Shown: positions 29,169-41,965, numbered from the stretch's first letter. The stretch: 64,000 nucleotides of DNA from an uncultured Clostridia bacterium (GCA_934747805.1 CAKVHC010000002.1:16694-80693), one strand, 5' to 3'. Translations and numbers: made by a program. Notes: generated from the sequence alone by a model not told the origin.

Positions 29169-31875
29169 ATGAATTACAATCATGAAAGTCGCAGACTGAA
29201 GATCGTAATGTGGATACTAGTAGGGCTATTAATACTCAGTATCACCGGAGTCAGTCTGTGGTTCGCACTGTCATTACGTACTCCGTCCGAGACACTCAAC
29301 TCCGTGAACATAGGCTCACGAATCACGGGGGGGGGGCTTCAAAAGTAATATAACCAACGCTGACGTCTGGGACGGTACAACCTCGACCAATTGGTCGGGT
29401 AGCGGCACGTCATCTAGTCCATATCTTATCGGCACCGCTAGTCAACTGGCAGGGCTTGCGACCAATGTTAACGGTGGCACTAATTATGCGGGTAAATATT
29501 TTAAGTTGACCAGCAATTTGGACATGGCAGGCGAGGGATATAGCTATAGTACTGGCACCACAACATTACCTTACTCTCAGTACGGCAGCTATAAAGTAGG
29601 TGACACGTTTACAAACGGCTATTACACATACACAGTTACTAGCAAGTCTTATCCTAAAGAGGGCACAACCAAGACGTACTATTTATATTGGGATTATGGC
29701 TTTAATTACGCATCGGAAGATGGCAGCATTTCTCAAGAACCTGAATACAGTATTGGTGATTATATATTAAATTATAACACTGAAAAAGTAGAAGTATTGC
29801 AGGTCTACGATGCAGCTGAAGAAAAAGAATATACCACTGACTATGGCACATCCACCACCACAGGATATTATTTGAATGATCCGCAAGAAGTTTCAGGAAG
29901 TAATATAAGCTTTACAGGCTATAATGAATTAATTCACAACGCTGAAATCGATGATTATAGCCAAGATTTAACTAATTCTGTTTTCTACAATGATCAATAC
30001 TTTTGGATATATTATGTCAAGGCAACCATAGTAGAAGGTTATTCCGCCGGCAGCGTTACATGTAAATATGTTTATTCCAAAGGTAAAGCATTCACTTCAA
30101 TCGGAAATAGCTCTACTAATTATTTTGCAGGTAATTTTGATGGTGATGGGTATACAATTGGCAATATTGCGTTACTCAACAAAACGGGTGCAATAGGTTT
30201 GTTCGGTTATGTTCAATCACAGACTAGTAAAGTGACGTTTAAAAATTTAAACATAGTTTACGACTATAGTGCCAAGTACGACGACGCATTGTTTGGCGGC
30301 TTGTGTGGAACGATAACGGCGGCTAGTAATGCTAATGTTGATATAGAAAATGTAAATGTTACTTTTAATACTTCCACAACATTTACTGGAAAATCTTATA
30401 TCGGCGGCCTTGTGGGGAAGATAGAAGAATCCACATCTGCAAGGAGAGTGAATATCTCAAAATGCACTACGCCTAAGTTTAATGCGTCAACAAGCGGAAG
30501 TAATATTTCTGAGCTATATTTTGGTGGAATTTTAGCATATGGTTACAATGTAAATATCTCCGAGTGTAGCTCAGCAGCAACAATCTCAACGTCCGCAACA
30601 CTTGTTAAATATTTGGGTGGCATTGCAGGGTGTTTGAGATCAAGTTGCAACGTGGCTGATTGCTATTTTAATGGTTCATTAGATACAACAAGTTCGCACA
30701 GAGGAACAGGATACGGTTATTATGTTGGTGGCATAGTGGCATATATCGGTGCCTCTCCAACATGTGTTATAAGCAACAATCTTTTCCAAGGCAAAATTAC
30801 ATATTATTCCACTGCGACGAAAACGGAGGCTAATAGTGGAACATCAACTGGTTACTGGGCACCATGCGAAAGTATTGGTGGCATAGTTGGCGGTTTCTAT
30901 TGTGATGATGACAATTCTCCAACAGTGACAGTTATACACAATATAGCTAACGGCAGTTTGAAAAATCGTAGGTCGTCAAGTCTTTACGATATGGCTGGTG
31001 GCGTAGTTGGAGGAAAGCACGCACCAAATTCAATTAGTGAGAATGTGTACAATTCGGCGAAGATGACATTGACGAATAATTCTGAAACACCAGCCTTTTC
31101 TACAACAGGAGCGACAGCTGATGCTGACGTAAAATCGCTTTCTACTTATATTTCTTGGACGGACTTTAGCACTCACTGGTCTATAAACGACAAGCTCAAC
31201 AATGGCTACCCAATGCTTGCGGCATTTATTCCAATGGCGTTGGTTACAGGTTTTGAGGGCGACGGCAATTCGAACTCACCATATCTCATAAACACTCAAG
31301 CAGACATGATTGGTTTTGCAAACTATTACAACAACAACGCAAAGATACAATCGGGCGTTTATTGGAAACTAAATGCCGATATTGATATGGCAAAAGATGC
31401 TAGCAACGTTCTCATACACTTTACTCCAGTTTGCTATGGCAAATCATTCGACGGATATTTCGATGGCAATAGCAAAACAATCAGCAATATACTCATTGAT
31501 GACCAATATCAATATGCGGGGCTGTTCGGCACCATTGCCAGCGGAAGCTACATTAAAAATTTGACTGTAACAGGCAATATCTTTTGGGACGAAGCTTACG
31601 CTGTTGGTGGTGTTGCTGGCCGTGTGCTTGCTGGCGGATATTTGCAAAACTGCACATTCAATGGCAGTATTATTGGCGTGCTTAACACCAAATCAGCCAC
31701 AGAATGTAATGGCGTGGTTGGCAGGTACGAAATAAATGGAGCAATAGATTGTACAGCAACCTATATCGACCTAAAGTATGCCCAGATTGGTGGAACAGCG
31801 ACCGCTCCGTCATACACATATTACTTGTATGATTGGGCTCAAATAACCACGTATTTGTACAACAAGGCAAATTAA
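29169..31875 (+). pseudogene. GLUG-motif (beta-helix) surface protein gene interrupted by a frameshift in a poly-G tract (phase-OFF, or a homopolymer assembly error)
   Basis: ATG 29169 with AAGGAG RBS encodes a signal-anchor (MNYNHESRRLKIVMWILVGLLILSITGVSLWFALSL...), runs into G10 and stops at TAA 29346-29348. The +1 frame is open from 29314 to 31875 and reads ...GGGFKSNITNADVWDGTTSTNWSGSGTSSSPYLIGTASQLAGLATNVNGGTNYAGKYFKLTSNLDM..., followed by many GGL/GGI(V/A)G GLUG-like repeats. Confidence 0.75.
29327..29336 (+). repeat. G10 homopolymer tract at the junction of the two reading frames
   Basis: Counted directly: ...aatcac GGGGGGGGGG cttc. G9 or G12 would fuse the leader frame to the long frame. 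Confidence 0.9.
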
Positions 31876-31902
31876 AAAGGACTCGCAAGAGTTCTTTTTT
31901 TG
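31875..31902 (+). terminator. rho-independent terminator
   Basis: AGGACTC-gcaa-GAGTTCT followed by a T-run. Confidence 0.7.
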
Positions 31903-32017
31903 TGCATTCTATCGTTAGACTTTGAGTCTTATTGCCAAGCGAAAAAACTAAAGCATATTTTGACTGTAATTGTGTGCAAGAAGGCTGAATTTTTGGCAAT
32001 AATTTGTCAAAAACTGG

Positions 32018-32046
32018 TTGACACTAGGGTCGGTTAAGTGTATAAT
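32018..32046 (+). promoter_or_regulatory. consensus sigma-A promoter of the str operon
   Basis: TTGACA (32018-32023), 17-nt spacer, TATAAT (32041-32046). Confidence 0.7.
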
Positions 32047-32119
32047 AACTCTGTTATATAGTGAAATATGCTGCTTTGCACTATGTAAAGAGGTTGCAAA
32101 AATTTTACAAGGAGGAAAT

Positions 32120-32491
32120 ATGCCTACAATTAATCAGTTGGTAAGAAAGCCTAGAAAGAAGCAAACAGTTAAGAGTAAATCAGAGTTGTTGAAGGCTTGC
32201 CCACAAAAACGTGGTGTGTGCCTTTCAGTTACTACTACTACACCTAAAAAACCTAACTCAGCTATGCGTAAGATTGCACGTGTTAAACTTTCAAACAAGG
32301 CTGAGACTACATGCTATATCCCAGGCGAAGGACACAACTTGCAAGAGCACAGTGTCGTACTCGTTCGTGGTGGTAAAGTGAAAGACTTGCCAGGCGTACG
32401 TTATCACATTGTTCGTGGTTCTTTGGATACTGCGGGCGTTGCTAAACGTAAACAAGGTAGAAGTCGTTACGGCGCTAAGAAATCTAAATAA
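32120..32491 (+). CDS. rpsL: 30S ribosomal protein S12
   Basis: [14 protein letters not shown]..., [17 protein letters not shown]. The ORF-track start at 32018 is the promoter -35 element. Confidence 0.97.
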   Translation: MPTINQLVRKPRKKQTVKSKSELLKACPQKRGVCLSVTTTTPKKPNSAMRKIARVKLSNKAETTCYIPGEGHNLQEHSVVLVRGGKVKDLPGVRYHIVRGSLDTAGVAKRKQGRSRYGAKKSK

Positions 32492-32522
32492 TGCGTCAAT
32501 AAAAAAAATATAAGGAGAAATT

Positions 32523-32993
32523 ATGTCTAGAAGAAATGCGGCAGAAATTAGAGAAGTACTTCCAGACCCAGTCTACAACAGCACAGTTGTTACTAAAGTT
32601 GTCAACCAAGTTATGCTAGATGGTAAGAAGGGTGTTGCTCAACGTATTGTTTATGGCGCTATGGAAGAAGCCGGCAAAAAGTTGGAAAAAGACCCACTCG
32701 AAGTATTTAACACTGCTATTGAAAATATTAAACCTAAACTTGAAACAAAGGCTCGTCGTGTAGGCGGAGCTACATATCAAGTTCCTATGGAAATCAGACC
32801 AGCACGTCAACAAACATTGGCAATCCGCTGGCTCGTTATGTTCGCTCGTAAACGTAGTGAACGTACAATGGACGAAAAATTGGCAAATGAATTGGTTGAT
32901 GCTTGCAACCTAACAGGTGGCGCAGTTAAGAAGCGTGATGAAATGCACCGTACTGCAGAAGCAAACAAGGCATTTGCTCACTTCAAATGGTAA
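32523..32993 (+). CDS. rpsG: 30S ribosomal protein S7
   Basis: [20 protein letters not shown]..., ...AFAHFKW C-terminus. Confidence 0.97.
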   Translation: MSRRNAAEIREVLPDPVYNSTVVTKVVNQVMLDGKKGVAQRIVYGAMEEAGKKLEKDPLEVFNTAIENIKPKLETKARRVGGATYQVPMEIRPARQQTLAIRWLVMFARKRSERTMDEKLANELVDACNLTGGAVKKRDEMHRTAEANKAFAHFKW

Positions 32994-33005
32994 TCAGGAG
33001 TATAT

Positions 33006-35096
33006 ATGGAAAGACAAGTCCCACTCGAATTATGTAGAAATATCGGTATCATGGCTCACATCGATGCTGGTAAGACTACCACAACAGAGCGTATTTTGTA
33101 TTACACAGGTAAAGTTCACAAGATTGGTGAAGTTCACGACGGTCAAGCTACTATGGACTGGATGGTTCAAGAGCAAGAACGTGGTATTACAATCACTTCT
33201 GCTTGTACTACTTGTAAGTGGAAAAACCACAAAATCAACATTATTGATACCCCAGGACACGTTGACTTTACAGTCGAAGTTGAACGCAGTTTGAAAGTTT
33301 TGGACGGCGCCGTTGCAGTTTTCTGCGCACGTAGTGGTGTTCAAGCACAATCCGAAACAGTTTGGCGTCAGGCTAACGAGTACAAAGTTCCTCGTATTTG
33401 CTATGTCAACAAAATGGATATGAACGACGCCAATTTCTTGCGTGCCGTTGACCAAATGAAAAAGAACCTTAAGGCTAACGCTGTACCTATTCAGTTGCCT
33501 ATCGGTTCTGCTGACACTTTTGTTGGTATTGTTGACCTTATCAAGATGAATGCCATCTATTATATGGATGATATGGGCAATCAAGAAGAAATTCGTGAAA
33601 TCCCTGACGACATGAAAGATTTGGCTAACCAATATCGTACAAATTTGATTGAAGCAATCGCTGAAACAGACGATGCTTTGATGGAAAAATATTTCAGTGG
33701 TGAAGAATTCACTGAAGAAGAAATCCGCACTGCATTGCGTAAGGCAACTATTGAATTGAAAATTAACCCTGTACTTTGCGGTACATCATTCAAAAACAAG
33801 GGCGTTAAGGAATTGTTGGACGCAGTAGTTTACTACATGCCATCTCCAATCGACATTCCTGCTATCCGTGGTTTCTTGCCAGGTCACGAAGAAGAGGGCT
33901 TGACAGAAGTCCGCAACAGCGACGACAAAGAGCCATTCTCAGCATTGGCATTCAAAGTCGCTACTGACCCATACGTTGGTCGTATCACTTATGTACGTGT
34001 TTACAGTGGTACACTCGTTGCTGGTTCATACGTTATGAATTCCAGCAAGAACAAGAAAGAAAGAATTGGACGTATTCTTCAAATGCATGCTAACCACCGT
34101 GAAGATATTGATGAATTGTTCGCTGGTGACATCGCAGCCGTTGTCGGCTTGAAAGATACTACTACTGGTAACACCCTTTGCGATGAAGAACACCCAGTAA
34201 TTTTGGAATCTATGAAATTCCCTGAACCAGTTATCCGTGTTGCAATCGAACCAAAGAGCAAAGCAGCCCAAGAAAAGATGGCAATCGCACTTGGTAAGTT
34301 GGCAGAAGAAGACCCAACTTTCAAGCGCTACACTGACGAAGAAACTGGTCAAACAATTATCGCCGGAATGGGCGAGTTGCACTTGGAAATCATTGTTGAC
34401 CGACTCTTGCGTGAATTTAACGTAGAAGCCAATGTCGGCAGACCACAAGTTGCTTACAAAGAAACAATCAAGAACCGTGCCGAAGCCGAAGGCAAGTACA
34501 TCAAACAATCTGGTGGTAAAGGTCAATATGGTCATTGTAAGATTATTATCGAACCACTTGAAAGAGGCGAAGGTTACAAATTTGAAAACAAAATCGTTGG
34601 TGGTGCTATTCCTAAGGAATATATTCAACCAATTGACGACGGTATTCAAGAAGCCAAGAACAGCGGTATCGTAGCTGGCTATGAAACAATCGACTTCAAA
34701 GTTACTTTGGTCGATGGTTCATACCACGAAGTCGATTCAAGCGAAATGGCATTTAAGATTGCCGGCAGTTTGGCATTCAAAGACGGTTGCCAAAAGGCTG
34801 GTGCAGTATTGCTTGAACCTATGATGAAAGTTCAAGTTGACATTCCTGACGACTATCTAGGCGCAGTAATGGGCAACATCACTTCTCGTCGTGGCGTATT
34901 GCAAGGCACTGACACTATGGCTAGTGCAACTCGTGTTAACGCACTTGTTCCACTTTCAGAAATGTTCGGTTACGCAACTGACTTGCGTAGTGTAACTCAA
35001 GGTCGTGGCAACTATACTATGACTTTCTCACACTATCAAGAAGTTCCTAAGTCTATCGCTGAAAAAATCATCGGCGAAAGAGCAAAACGCAACTAA
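33006..35096 (+). CDS. fusA: elongation factor G
   Basis: [32 protein letters not shown]. Length is 696 aa. Confidence 0.97.
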   Translation: MERQVPLELCRNIGIMAHIDAGKTTTTERILYYTGKVHKIGEVHDGQATMDWMVQEQERGITITSACTTCKWKNHKINIIDTPGHVDFTVEVERSLKVLDGAVAVFCARSGVQAQSETVWRQANEYKVPRICYVNKMDMNDANFLRAVDQMKKNLKANAVPIQLPIGSADTFVGIVDLIKMNAIYYMDDMGNQEEIREIPDDMKDLANQYRTNLIEAIAETDDALMEKYFSGEEFTEEEIRTALRKATIELKINPVLCGTSFKNKGVKELLDAVVYYMPSPIDIPAIRGFLPGHEEEGLTEVRNSDDKEPFSALAFKVATDPYVGRITYVRVYSGTLVAGSYVMNSSKNKKERIGRILQMHANHREDIDELFAGDIAAVVGLKDTTTGNTLCDEEHPVILESMKFPEPVIRVAIEPKSKAAQEKMAIALGKLAEEDPTFKRYTDEETGQTIIAGMGELHLEIIVDRLLREFNVEANVGRPQVAYKETIKNRAEAEGKYIKQSGGKGQYGHCKIIIEPLERGEGYKFENKIVGGAIPKEYIQPIDDGIQEAKNSGIVAGYETIDFKVTLVDGSYHEVDSSEMAFKIAGSLAFKDGCQKAGAVLLEPMMKVQVDIPDDYLGAVMGNITSRRGVLQGTDTMASATRVNALVPLSEMFGYATDLRSVTQGRGNYTMTFSHYQEVPKSIAEKIIGERAKRN

Positions 35097-35177
35097 TTTT
35101 TGACAAATTCTGTAATATAGCGAGCAAAGTTGTCTAATTTGGGCGGAAATAACTCGTCAAAATAATGGCAATTTTGC

Positions 35178-35206
35178 TTGACAATATTATAGAAAATGTA
35201 TATAGT
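35178..35206 (+). promoter_or_regulatory. internal sigma-A promoter upstream of tuf
   Basis: TTGACA (35178-35183), 17-nt spacer, TATAGT (35201-35206). Confidence 0.55.
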
Positions 35207-35236
35207 TTAATTATAAATTCTAGGAGGATTAATATT

Positions 35237-36430
<1,194 letters not shown>

Positions 36431-36435
36431 TAAGC

Positions 36436-36466
36436 AAAAAAAGAAGTCGTTTGACTTCTTTTTTTT
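36436..36466 (+). terminator. rho-independent terminator after tuf
   Basis: AAGAAGTC-gttt-GACTTCTT followed by a T-run. Confidence 0.85.
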
Positions 36467-36598
36467 CATCTCTAAATGTTGGAATGTGTCGAAATTATGA
36501 GCTTTTGTTTTTTATCACACAAATCAGTTGACGACGGAGCAATTTTATTGGTATAAATAATTAAGTAGATAATAGTTCTACGAAAAAGGAGTAAGTTT

Positions 36599-37534
36599 AT
36601 GAATAAAAGAGTATTATTGACCGCACTTTGCACGACGGCGTTGCTCGTTCCAGTGGCTGCAGGATTCGCAGGCTGCAAAAAGGACAATGGATTAAACATT
36701 AATGCCAAAGATGTTTATGCAATTTCAGCATCGGCCAGTGCTAATTATCTGAGTCATTTGGACGGCACAAAGTCAACGAAGAGCGTTGCAAGTTTGTCGC
36801 TGGAAGTGGCAACCACACGCCCATCAGCAATCACAGACGCCAATGTGACTGGTATGACAAATTGCTTGGCTATGTTTGATAACTTTATTCAAGGTGGCGG
36901 TGTCAATCAAACTACCAAGAAAAACGATGAAATGGGCGACCTAGGTGCTTATACATTCAAAATGACAATCACTACGCCAACAGGCAATGAGTCTATGACA
37001 ATGTATTACAACGAAACTGAAACAAAGACTGAGCGTGAGATAGAAGACGAGAAAGAAGAAGTAGAAGTGTCTTCAAAACTTGTTGGTGTTTTGGTTTTTG
37101 GCGACAATCAGTATGATGTTACTGGCGAACGTGAATTTGAAAGCGAGGGCGATGAAACCGAAGCATCAATCGAATTTACGACCAAAAGTAAGGTTAATCC
37201 TTTAAACTACATTGTAGTATCTCAATCAGTTGAAAACGAAACCGGCGAAACCGAAATTGAATATGAATACAAAATCTATCGTAATGGCGAACTTGTTCAA
37301 AAGACCGAAACCGAAATCGAAAATGAAAACGACAAATTTGAACTTGAATTCAAATTCAAAAACGGTGCTACACTTGAAAAGACCGTTTATAAAATGTACA
37401 AGGGTTCTGCTGAAAACTCATTCGTTATAAAATATACAATAGACGGCAGTACAGACACTATAAATGTAGTAAAGAGTGCAACAGGTTACACTTTCACATA
37501 CTCAAATGGCTACGTTGAAGAAATAAAGGCTTAA
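36599..37534 (+). CDS. lipoprotein, Glu/Thr-rich, hypothetical
   Basis: Signal peptide with lipobox ...AAGFAG|C. AAGGAG RBS. Confidence 0.7.
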   Translation: MNKRVLLTALCTTALLVPVAAGFAGCKKDNGLNINAKDVYAISASASANYLSHLDGTKSTKSVASLSLEVATTRPSAITDANVTGMTNCLAMFDNFIQGGGVNQTTKKNDEMGDLGAYTFKMTITTPTGNESMTMYYNETETKTEREIEDEKEEVEVSSKLVGVLVFGDNQYDVTGEREFESEGDETEASIEFTTKSKVNPLNYIVVSQSVENETGETEIEYEYKIYRNGELVQKTETEIENENDKFELEFKFKNGATLEKTVYKMYKGSAENSFVIKYTIDGSTDTINVVKSATGYTFTYSNGYVEEIKA

Positions 37535-37596
37535 TTAGTACTATTTTCCTTTGATTTTTCTAATATTTTTATTATAATAATGATAAGGAGTATAGT

Positions 37597-38343
37597 ATGA
37601 AAAACAAAATTTGGATAAAAAGTCTTGTATTAGCATTATGTTTGATTATCCCAGCATTGTTTTTATCAGCATGCGGTAGCGACAACTCTTCTACTGGAGG
37701 AAACTCTTCTGGTGGCAACTCTTCTTCTGGAAACAACTACGCATGGGGCAAAACATTTACTTATCAAGGCACAACATTGAATGATTATGATTCATTCGGC
37801 GGTAATAACGGTACGCCAAGAGCACAACTGTTAAAAGAGGAATTTGACAAGGGCAATTTAGACTTGGAAAATATAAATTTGTTTGGCAATCCGCAAGATT
37901 TGTCGATTATTTACGAAAGCAAGTCAGCGGATGAATTCCTTGCTGATCTCACCAGCAGGATGGAGTCAAAATTGCTTACTTTGTGCAGGGATGTGACTAT
38001 TGTTGTTGGCACAGAAGCCGAAAAGACAATCACAGTTAAAAACAAAACTTACACACTAGTTGAAGATGGAGAAGGCACAAATTTTTACAAATTGGTTGAC
38101 GAAAATGCAGCCGATAGCTCAGTTCTATATCAAGGTATGATGTGCTCAATTTTAACGTCTGATGCCAGCGGCCAAGATCTAAAGTCTGGTCTTAATATAT
38201 CTGTTTTTGATGGAGACATCGATGAAGTAATTATCAAGATTCCAACACTTACTAAAATTAATGATGGAACTGCTGAAACGGTTAATGACAGAAGTTTTAT
38301 TTCAATCAGTTTAAAACCTTACTTTAATGAACTAGTCGGTTAA
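37597..38343 (+). CDS. lipoprotein, hypothetical
   Basis: Lipobox ...LFLSA|CGSDN followed by a GGNSSGGNSSSGNN linker. AAGGAG RBS. Confidence 0.7.
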   Translation: MKNKIWIKSLVLALCLIIPALFLSACGSDNSSTGGNSSGGNSSSGNNYAWGKTFTYQGTTLNDYDSFGGNNGTPRAQLLKEEFDKGNLDLENINLFGNPQDLSIIYESKSADEFLADLTSRMESKLLTLCRDVTIVVGTEAEKTITVKNKTYTLVEDGEGTNFYKLVDENAADSSVLYQGMMCSILTSDASGQDLKSGLNISVFDGDIDEVIIKIPTLTKINDGTAETVNDRSFISISLKPYFNELVG

Positions 38344-38351
38344 TTGATTTT

Positions 38352-38388
38352 AAAAATGAGATTTGATTACAAAATCTCATTTTTTTTG
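38352..38388 (+). terminator. rho-independent terminator
   Basis: AATGAGATT-tgattaca-AAATCTCATT followed by a T-run. Confidence 0.7.
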
Positions 38389-38499
38389 TGGCATTTTGTC
38401 AGTTAATCGTTAGATTTTTAATTATTTTTACACATTATTAAAAATTTTGTTAAAAATCGATTGACAAATCAAAATAAATTATGCTAGCGTAAATTTGCT

Positions 38500-39489
38500 A
38501 TGTCTATAATAAAATTTAATGGTGTATCGAAAGAATTCAAGATTTCTATTCGAGAAAAGGGTATTTTAGGGGCTATTAAGGGTTTATTTAAGAGAAAATA
38601 CAAAATTGTAAAAGCTCTCAACAATGTGAGTTTTGAGATTGAAGAGGGCGACATTGTTGGCTATATCGGTCCGAACGGTGCTGGTAAGTCAACGACTATC
38701 AAGATTATGAGCGGAATTCTCACGCCAACAACAAGTCAAGAGTGCGTGATAGACGGTTATGTGCCGTGGAAAGACCGCAAAAATTATGTCCGCAATATTG
38801 GTGTAGTATTTGGGCAAAGGTCGCAATTATGGTGGGACGTGCCTGTCATTGAGAGTTTTGACTTGTTGAAGGACATTTACGGCATACCAGACGATGTGTA
38901 CAAGCAGAATTTGGATTTGTTGACAGAGACACTTAATCTGAATGATCTTCTCATTCGACCATTGCGACAGTTGAGTTTGGGACAAAAAATGAAGTGCGAG
39001 CTTGCCGGTGCACTACTTCATAAACCAAAAATTCTATTCTTGGATGAGCCAACAATTGGTTTGGATGCTGTGACTAAACTTGCAGTGCGAGATTTTATTA
39101 AGTATATAAACAAGGTGTGGGGCACAACGGTTATTTTGACCACACACGATATGAATGATATTGAAGCTTTGACCAACAAAATTATATTGATTGGTCGTGG
39201 CGAAATATTGTACAATGGTAGTTTCAATGCAATAAAGGAAAAATATGGCTCGACAAAGACTATTCGAGTTGAGTTTTCCAACGCATATGACGACATCAGT
39301 CTTGACGGATACACAACCGTAAGTCACGACCGAAACACTGCCGTTCTGAAAAATAACGAAGGCACAACCTTCCATGCAAAAGATTTTATTGCCCAATTAA
39401 GTGAAAAATACAACGTCGTTGACTTTTCAATTGAACCAATTAGCGTTGACGAAGTGCTTGCTGAACTTTATAAAGACTATAATTTATAG
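38500..39489 (+). CDS. ABC transporter ATP-binding protein (COG4586-like, ABC-2 type system)
   Basis: Walker A GPNGAGKST, signature LSLGQKM, Walker B ILFLDEPT. No SD sequence precedes the ATG. Confidence 0.88.
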   Translation: MSIIKFNGVSKEFKISIREKGILGAIKGLFKRKYKIVKALNNVSFEIEEGDIVGYIGPNGAGKSTTIKIMSGILTPTTSQECVIDGYVPWKDRKNYVRNIGVVFGQRSQLWWDVPVIESFDLLKDIYGIPDDVYKQNLDLLTETLNLNDLLIRPLRQLSLGQKMKCELAGALLHKPKILFLDEPTIGLDAVTKLAVRDFIKYINKVWGTTVILTTHDMNDIEALTNKIILIGRGEILYNGSFNAIKEKYGSTKTIRVEFSNAYDDISLDGYTTVSHDRNTAVLKNNEGTTFHAKDFIAQLSEKYNVVDFSIEPISVDEVLAELYKDYNL

Positions 39490-39499
39490 AGGAGAAAAT

Positions 39500-40297
39500 A
39501 TGGGGTCATACATTGGTATTTTTAAAATGCAATTTAAGGGTGAATTGCAATATCGTGCTAAAGCACTGTCAGGTGTGGCAACTCAGTTCTTTTGGGGAAT
39601 TATGTACATTTGCCTATATTCTGCCTTTATGAAGGACGGAATGGTGAATGGTTTCAACCTAACGCAAATGGCGTCTTACGTCTGGCTCGGTCAGGCGTTC
39701 TTTGCACTTAGATATTTTGGCATTGGTAAAAATGTCAGCAGTGAGATTATTTCAGGCGATGTTTGTTACAAATATGTCCGACCAATCAATATCTACAACC
39801 TTTGGTACGCAGAATATGCAGGCGAAAAATTGGCTGCCACACTGCTAAGATTTGCTCCAATTACATTAGTTGCATTCTGTCTGCCAAAAGGCTATGGACT
39901 TATGCTGCCAGTAAGTTTCACGGCATTTTTGTTATTTGTAATTTCACTAATATTAGGTCTTTTAATTTGCGTGGCGTTGTCAATGTTTGCCGTTAATTTA
40001 ATATTTAAAACCATGATGCCAAAGGGCGCAACGCAAATCGTTTTAACAGTATGCGGATTGCTGGGTGGAATGTATATTCCTTTGCCACTTTTGCCACAAA
40101 GCGTGCAGAATGTCGTAAACTATTTGCCGTTTAGATTTGTGTCAGATCTGCCACTGAGAATATATATTGGCAGCATCTCTATAAAGCAATCACTCATATA
40201 CATAAGCATTTCGTTAGCGTGGCTTGTTGTGCTTGTCGCAATAGGAAAATTGCTGATGCATCGCTCAATCAAAAAGACAATTATTCAGGGAGGTTAG
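39500..40297 (+). CDS. ABC-2 family permease (ABC2_membrane_6/DUF990-like)
   Basis: GGAG RBS. Six-TM-type protein directly after the ATPase. Confidence 0.7.
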   Translation: MGSYIGIFKMQFKGELQYRAKALSGVATQFFWGIMYICLYSAFMKDGMVNGFNLTQMASYVWLGQAFFALRYFGIGKNVSSEIISGDVCYKYVRPINIYNLWYAEYAGEKLAATLLRFAPITLVAFCLPKGYGLMLPVSFTAFLLFVISLILGLLICVALSMFAVNLIFKTMMPKGATQIVLTVCGLLGGMYIPLPLLPQSVQNVVNYLPFRFVSDLPLRIYIGSISIKQSLIYISISLAWLVVLVAIGKLLMHRSIKKTIIQGG

Positions 40298-40298
40298 A

Positions 40299-41075
40299 AT
40301 GTATAGAAAGTATGTTGGAATGCAGATAAAATCTTCGTTTGAATACAGGCTTAATATTCTTTTGGTCGCCATTTCTCAGGTAGTAGTGAGTTGTGCTGAA
40401 CTTCTCTCGGTCTACCTAATGTTTATGCAGTTTGAGAGTGTCGGCAGTTGGGGATTTTACGAGTCTGCTCTGATGTTCGGCATTGTGACAACAGTCTTTT
40501 CACTGGCGGAATGTTTCGCACGTGGTTATGACGAGTTTCCCAAATTGATTAAGCACGGTGATTTGGACAGAATGCTTGTGCGTCCTGTAAATATCCATAA
40601 ACAAATCTTTGGCTCAAAAACTGAATTCAACAAACTGGGCAGATCCATTTTGGGCATAGTGGTGTGCATAATTTCATTAACACACCTAAATATTGCGTGG
40701 AATGTTTGGAAAGTGGCGGTCTTTGCCCTTACCTTCGTTTGTGGATTCTTTGTCATACTTGGTTTGTTTATGATCGGTGCTGGCATTAGCGTGTTTAGCG
40801 TGGAGAATTTGGAGTTTATTAACATTATAACCAATGGCAGTAAGGAAATTGCGTTCTATCCGCTGGATATATATAAAAAGTGGTTATCTCGAATTTTTAC
40901 TTTTGTTATTCCTATCGCATGCTTCAACTATTTGCCAATAAATTTCATTTTGGGTAAGGGAAGTTTGTCGCCAGTGCTTTATGGATTGTCGCCATTACTG
41001 GGGATTGTATTTTTCATACCATGCTTGTTGTTTATGAATTGGAGTTTGACAAAATATAAAGGTACAGGAACGTAA
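40299..41075 (+). CDS. ABC-2 family permease (second subunit)
   Basis: GGGAGG RBS. Polytopic. Abuts the preceding permease gene. Confidence 0.7.
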   Translation: MYRKYVGMQIKSSFEYRLNILLVAISQVVVSCAELLSVYLMFMQFESVGSWGFYESALMFGIVTTVFSLAECFARGYDEFPKLIKHGDLDRMLVRPVNIHKQIFGSKTEFNKLGRSILGIVVCIISLTHLNIAWNVWKVAVFALTFVCGFFVILGLFMIGAGISVFSVENLEFINIITNGSKEIAFYPLDIYKKWLSRIFTFVIPIACFNYLPINFILGKGSLSPVLYGLSPLLGIVFFIPCLLFMNWSLTKYKGTGT

Positions 41076-41097
41076 TAGTTGACTGACAAAATTTAAT

Positions 41098-41127
41098 GAA
41101 AAAGTCCAAGCTTGTCTTGGACTTTTT
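41098..41127 (+). terminator. rho-independent terminator
   Basis: AAAGTCCAAG-cttgt-CTTGGACTTT followed by a T-run. Confidence 0.75.
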
Positions 41128-41227
41128 GCGTTTTATGACTTATTTTGATGGAATGTAGAACATGAATAAAAATTAGTAGACAGTTAAAACTAAATATGCT
41201 ATATTCAATGTAGTAAAGGAGAAAATT

Positions 41228-41911
41228 ATGAAAAAGTTTTTTAGTTTTTTGTTGGCGATATGCTTTATCGTTCCGCTAGCTTTTGTATTGTCGGCGTGTG
41301 GCGATAATGAAGTCGTGGTCAACGTTGCAACAATTGAAGAGTTGTTGACTGCAGTCGATGGTGACAATGACGTTATCAAATTGACTGAAGACATGGAAGC
41401 AACTAGTGCTATTGTTGTGAAGCGCAAAGTTACATTCGACCTTAATGGCAAAACACTTACAGGCGACGGCGATTATGGTGTGATTTATGCACAGGAAAAT
41501 GCTGACATCACAATCACTGGTAACGGCAAAATTGTTGCTAAGGAAAGTGCCGACCATTATGCAATGGTTATTTGGGCAAAGGATAACTCAAAAGTAAAGA
41601 TTGAAAACGGCACATTTACACAGGCAATCACTGGTAAAGATACGCAATATGATATGATTTATATCACGGGTAGTGCTCAGTTGACAATCGAAGGCGGCAA
41701 ATTTGACTGCCATACACCAAAATGGACGCTCAATATTCAAGACAAAGATGCTACAACTGCCAAATTTATCGTTAAAGGTGGAGAATTTAAATCTTACGAT
41801 CCTGCTAATGTCACTACAGAACCAAAAGAATCAAACGTAACAAGTTTCTTGCCAAAGGGTTATAAATCCACCTACAACGAGACTACACAATATTACACAG
41901 TTAGTAAATAA
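41228..41911 (+). CDS. lipoprotein with parallel beta-helix-like repeats, hypothetical
   Basis: Lipobox ...FVLSA|CGDNE. Repeats of the type ...TFDLNGKTLTG..., ...ITITGNGKIVA..., ...VKIENGTF..., ...LTIEGGKF..., ...FIVKGGEF.... Confidence 0.6.
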   Translation: MKKFFSFLLAICFIVPLAFVLSACGDNEVVVNVATIEELLTAVDGDNDVIKLTEDMEATSAIVVKRKVTFDLNGKTLTGDGDYGVIYAQENADITITGNGKIVAKESADHYAMVIWAKDNSKVKIENGTFTQAITGKDTQYDMIYITGSAQLTIEGGKFDCHTPKWTLNIQDKDATTAKFIVKGGEFKSYDPANVTTEPKESNVTSFLPKGYKSTYNETTQYYTVSK

Positions 41912-41940
41912 AAAAAGCCGATTTCGGCTTTTTTTATTTT
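41911..41940. terminator. bidirectional terminator between convergent genes
   Basis: AAGCCGA-ttt-TCGGCTT, flanked by an A-run and a T-run. Confidence 0.75.
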
Positions 41941-41965
41941 TTTCATAATTAATTAAAATAATTAA

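Noticed and set aside
32018-32119. ORF-track N-terminal extensions of rpsL (32018), tuf (35165), DUF1540-like (1957), clpP (25981), smpB (58442), ComEC-like (62402) and others
   Set aside because: The extensions start at non-ATG or unsupported codons inside promoters, terminators or upstream genes. Conserved protein N-termini with proper RBSs begin further downstream.
33030-34649. Long antisense ORFs inside fusA (33030-33632, 34026-34649), and similar ones inside tuf, the giant gene, rnr, polA and other genes
   Set aside because: They lie entirely within strongly supported conserved genes on the opposite strand, lack RBSs and have low-complexity or atypical composition. This is the typical shadow-ORF pattern.
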